A stretch of 56,290 bases of DNA from Catajapyx aquilonaris (taxonomy: Eukaryota): the NCBI GenBank assembly GCA_000934665.2, contig JYFJ02000635.1:62001-118290 (forward strand). Direction: 5' to 3'. Position 1 is the first letter of the stretch, and each line of letters starts with the position of its first letter. This document shows positions 51,579 through 56,290 of this stretch, piece by piece. A program made the position numbers and the translations under genes. Below the pieces are notes generated by a model. That model was not told the DNA's origin and did not search any database. It was given only the letters and a program-made list of their open reading frames with translations.

Positions 51579-54500
51579 TGAAAAATCGCTCAAAATAATT
51601 TAGCAGCTGAGTAAACGTCTGTCATGTGGACCAAACATGGCGGCATTTGCCAAACCATGTCACTGCAGCAACTTTCAAGATTTTTATTTCCTCGTAAATA
51701 TGCAAAAAAGCCACGCTTTTGCTCCAAGATTTAAGAAAAAACCGTCTAAATGACCTAACAGCACTTCCACATTTCCGACAAAGGTGACCTCGTGTGTGGC
51801 AAGTTCAGCAGGTGTCTGGTAGATCCACCGACATAATAATTTGGTATGCCCCTCCCCCCACCCTCACCTTCTCCACCCCCCCCCCCTCTCCACCCTTCTT
51901 CTTCTTCTCCTCCCCAACGAATGGTTGGGTGAGTGGCCTTTTAAGCCGTTTATTGCCCTAATCGCCGCTGCCCGATTAAGCCAAGCAATTGCCGCCTTTG
52001 GGCTCCAGGATTCAGCATCCATCTTTACAAGAGTCACTTAGACAAACATTGTTGCGTGACGTGCTTCCAAAATATTTTGCTAGTTTTATTCAATCCGGAT
52101 CTGGTCCTAAAACACAACCAGGTTAAAAATGTTAAAATATATATTTAAAAAAATCTGAATGTGGCTTAAAGAGGGGTATGGTGTCTTCAGGTGATATAGG
52201 TTGGCTTTTGAGTAAATGAAGGGTCAGTCATGCGTTTTTTTCTGTCCTGAGGAATGGGCTGGACATGAGTGCTGGACCTTGCATGAGAATTACTTCAAGG
52301 TGCGTGTCCACCTTTAGCGCACCAAGCCCTGTCCTCCAGCCCTTTTGTGGATTAACAATTTTGGGTTAGTTGAACTAATTTTTTGCGCCTCATTTAAGAA
52401 TGCAATTTGCGTGCACAGCAAAAGGTAGGGGAATGAAGGAAAGGTAGGGGTAAAAAAAAGACGCATTAAGATATGATCTGACACGACTTTTCCGTGACTG
52501 GCTATGATTGTTTCAGAATGTTGAAATCGGCAATTAAAATCCATGGTATCTACACAGGTATTTTGCGAAGACCTATAATGACGAAGCTTCTGATTTGCAC
52601 GATAATTATCGCGTCAATCACTGACTCCCTCTAAACACATGGTTTCGTAGATAGAATGGTGTTGACTATCGCACTCGTTATTGAATTCGAGCTCTGGATA
52701 GCTATGGGCTCTTACAACTACTGATCCGCCCTCCTTTCAATTAGATCATTTTTTTGCATTCAACCGTGTCGAACTCTGGGTGCTAATTAATTATTTTACG
52801 ATTTTAACGCAGAATATTTACCATACCCAATAATTTATTAGGAAATGCCTTAAAGTGGGATTAGAATATGGCGATTCAATTGAAATTGGCCATGATTTTT
52901 AAATCGGTTATTTGTGAACAGTTATTTTAGAGCCCATTAAAAGCTGATAATATTTCAGCTGCGATGAATTTTCGAGGGACTGAAACAATTGGCATTGTAC
53001 ATGCAGGTTTAAAAATGGAAATGTAGGTAGCCACGTAGGCTTATGTAAACATTACATTTTACTCTATACTTTTCCTGATGAGACTGTTACAATGTTGGAA
53101 TGCAGCCTTTTAAACACTGGTTTTAAAAAACATCATTGCATGCAAAAGTGAACTTCTCATAGCACACATACAAAAAAGCAAGGTACTGATGACCCCAAAG
53201 CTTACTGTCAGTGCTGTCAGTTCCATCATTAGGGTGTGAGAAAGAAATTTTTCAGCAAAAGTGAGGTTAGAAGATGCCCAGCAGCTAAACATGGCGTGGG
53301 ATTTAACGGTCACTCTCAAGAATAAGAGGATTGTGACCCTTTGCGAAAAATCCCAAGGCCGTTCGTCGCCTCCTGAAATCGGCCAAACCGCATGGCTTTT
53401 GACCCCATGATCTTTTGATATTTTTTTGACCAAATTGGAACGACATAGGTTTTTTTGAGTGGACCTGGAGGATGGATTCCCATTTCATTTGGGTCATCCC
53501 TGGAGAGTTTGTGGTCAACTTTTCTCAGAGCAGACGATGATTTTTTTTTTCTTCTAATGGTCTCACTTTTTTCCTATCTTGCCCACCATTTAGCTTTTTA
53601 TTCTTTGCAAGGACGAAGTTTCGTGACCAAGGGCGTTAGTTTCGGCTTGTGTTTCCCCTCCTACTTCTCTTGGCTCCTTTTTAAATTCCTGGCAAGGTCA
53701 TTGGTAGGACAGAAACGACGGTTGAGGAGTCCACCAACACCTACGATTTTGGTCGAGGACCTGAATTTCAAGCAGGACATCATTATACCCATACCGCACA
53801 CCATTTTTCCTTGCCAGGTACAAAAAAATGCAAAAAAAAGAAGAGGCAGAAATTAATTATTTTAGAAAAAGAATGTACCCAAAGTGCAAAAACAGACGAA
53901 ACTTTCGCTGTCCACTCGTTTGTTAAGAAGGTACTGATTTACCCACGCTTTTCCCCCAAATATTTTTTACTATCTGGCCCACCGGACCGGAGCCTAGTAA
54001 TTTGATACTGCCGGTCTTAACAAACGTAACAATCCAGGACCTGGAAGCCAAAAGCTGAACACAGAGATGTAGCTGGTCTACACTGCAAAAAAAGGGACAT
54101 ATTAATTATGGTCTGCGAAATGGACTAAGTGGAGTGTGGTTTAAGATGGATTTTTCTCCAGGGTACAAACCATACATTATTTCGGCCATTTTTTATTCTC
54201 CTGTCGCTGCCCGATTATGAGCACGTATTTCATTAGGCCCAGAGGGGTAAACAGCCTCAGGATTCTTGATGAATATTTATCAAAAAAGAATTATTATTTT
54301 GATGCGCAAGGACATCTTTATAGTTGGAAAATGTGCAAAATGATGGCCTAGTAGCCCCAAAAAGCCATCTTGGAGAATATGGCCGCTAATTGAAAGCCAC
54401 ATGTCGCGTGTTGGACATTCGTCAAGGTATACGGTCCGGAAATTGCATGGAAACCAAACCTGTCAGTGAAGAAGCGGCACAATAAGGATATGTGGTCAAA

Positions 54501-55939
54501 TAATACAAAAAAAATGTCCTTAGGGATAGTACTAGTAGAATAATCGGGTACGGAAGACACAAGCACGCACATTATTTGTCGCCTTGACAGAATGAAAGTG
54601 TTTTCCGTTGTGGTTTTTTATGGTCTAATCACGAGACGTGCAATTAGCAAATTACTTTCTATTATTTAATTGGCAATATTCTGTACTTTCCATGGTGGCA
54701 TACCCTTGAGGAGTTAGCAAGGCTGCTGGTTGCATACATTGTCAAAATGTTGCATAATATTTAGCAAAACCAATAATCGGATAAGGACAGCATGTTCTGC
54801 TTTAAATATTGACTCACCTTATGCTGAAGGAAATTCTTGGGGGAGGGAAACAGGGTAATACGATGACCTCTTCAGGATGTGGATGTTTTTATTTCACAAG
54901 GTTGCAACACGAAAGGAAAAGGAGTGTAGGGTGGAGGTGTGGCCATATGAAGTTTTGTGGTGAGGGAAGGTGGAGGAAGAGGGTGGTTGAGGAGTGGGGT
55001 TCATCCGACAAGACACGTCATCATCCATATTCTAGAAGGTGACGGTAGGTTGGTTTTCCATTCCGTTCGTCCTTGGTTCGGATCTTGGCTCTTGTCGGGA
55101 CATGATGGGAGAAGGGAAGGTGGAGAGGGCTTGAATTTAGAGGGCTGCCAGTCGAAGGTGTGTTGCTCAGCTGTACGGACGTGCGGGCCATAGTGCGCCA
55201 TGTGGACATGACCCAACGTGAGGATGACCTCTCTGGACGGTAAGCTGCACTATGCTTCCCACTATTATTTCATAGACTTCCTCCCACCCACAATCCGAGA
55301 ACACCCCACTGCGTGAATCATAATTTAGGCGCGTGTCCACGAATAGGGGGACCATAATTTCTGGGAAAGCTGGCGTAATGACCGGTTCCGATTTGATCAT
55401 TTTCTGTCTCTACGTCTGGAACCAAACTGATCTGTCACATTTAACTCGTGCGCGTGCGTGATTGCTCATAAACAGCAATAAGAAGTGGGACTTGTTCGAT
55501 CAAATCACCCTTTCGTGTGATTATGATCGAGTCCTAGGGTCATGAAACATTTGAAGGCAACCCTGACTCACCTAATTCGTTGGTAGAGGGCATTAATTTC
55601 ATACTGGATACACTGGAAAAGTTTAAAAAAAATGCTAGTACAATTCTGCATCCTGGGCGGTAGTCTACCCTCCACACATGCAGACCTGATACTGAACCAT
55701 AATAAATTAATATCTTGATGTGCTCCCGGTAAGGCAGTTGGTTTCAAACGAAAATGTTGGCATATTATTTTGTCCTTTTTAAAGTACTTTATCGCAAAAT
55801 AATACACAGCCTAATTTGGGATCGCACATGTACTGTACAACAATAGCGCACTGCCTAGCGGCCTATAACAATTTTGCTATTGTAGAATTTGTATAATGTA
55901 CATAATTATGCTTACTGATTATAATTATTTATTACACAT

Positions 55940-56290
55940 ACTTGCCCTGATCTGAAAATATTGGGACACCCCCAAAAAATGGAGTGGTGGGGTTATACAC
56001 AGGATGTGATAAAAAGTTTCCATTAAGATTATCTGGACTTTAGAATGGATAATTATGAATAGTAACAATTGAGCTAGTGGGATACCAAATTTGAAGTTCA
56101 TTTGACAGTTACCAACTGAAATAAATACGATTATACCTTGGACAGTGAATTTCTGTGGGGTCTGGTAAAAATTGCTGCCACTATGTTAATTTCTTACTTA
56201 GCGGGATGTAAATGTTGATAATGAACCTGAGCGGCCGCACAAACCCAAAAACAGTTATGACATTAAGTACAAAAAATCTAGCACAAAATT
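55940..56290 (+). mobile_element. Possible Tc1-like element left end running off the window
   Basis: tacttgccctgatctgaaaatattgggacaccccc resembles Tc1 TIRs (..AAAA.TATTGGGACACC). No partner is visible in the window. Confidence 0.25.

Overview
Eukaryotic (animal, probably arthropod-like invertebrate) genomic DNA that is mostly intronic or intergenic. No prokaryotic operons, CRISPR arrays or rRNA are visible, and nearly all ORFs in the track look like chance frames. Supported coding features: (1) a 651-nt internal exon on + (47955-48605; branch point, AG and GTGAGT signals; phase 2-2) encoding a disordered, phospho-motif-rich segment; (2) a phase-compatible candidate first coding exon about 24 kb upstream (23698-23792); (3) a small spliced gene of unknown family on - (about 19282 down to 18654, or to 18094 if a third exon is used), with an in-frame 230-nt intron and a MITE just upstream. 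The most conspicuous non-coding structure is the abundance of fold-back DNA: five different palindromic or MITE elements packed into 7845-9708, a fused pair of TTAA-type MITEs (20104-20745), a 97-nt near-perfect hairpin (17172-17268), a (TAA)16(TTA)14 palindromic microsatellite, a fold-back with 146-bp arms (51228-51578), and a complete tRNA-derived SINE with exact 15-bp target-site duplications (50546-50994). A possibly decayed coding relic lies on - at about 13.0-15.0 kb. No database search was possible, so TE family names rest on terminal and TSD signatures and no gene symbols are assigned. I found no evidence that establishes a new biological system; the best leads are listed as findings.
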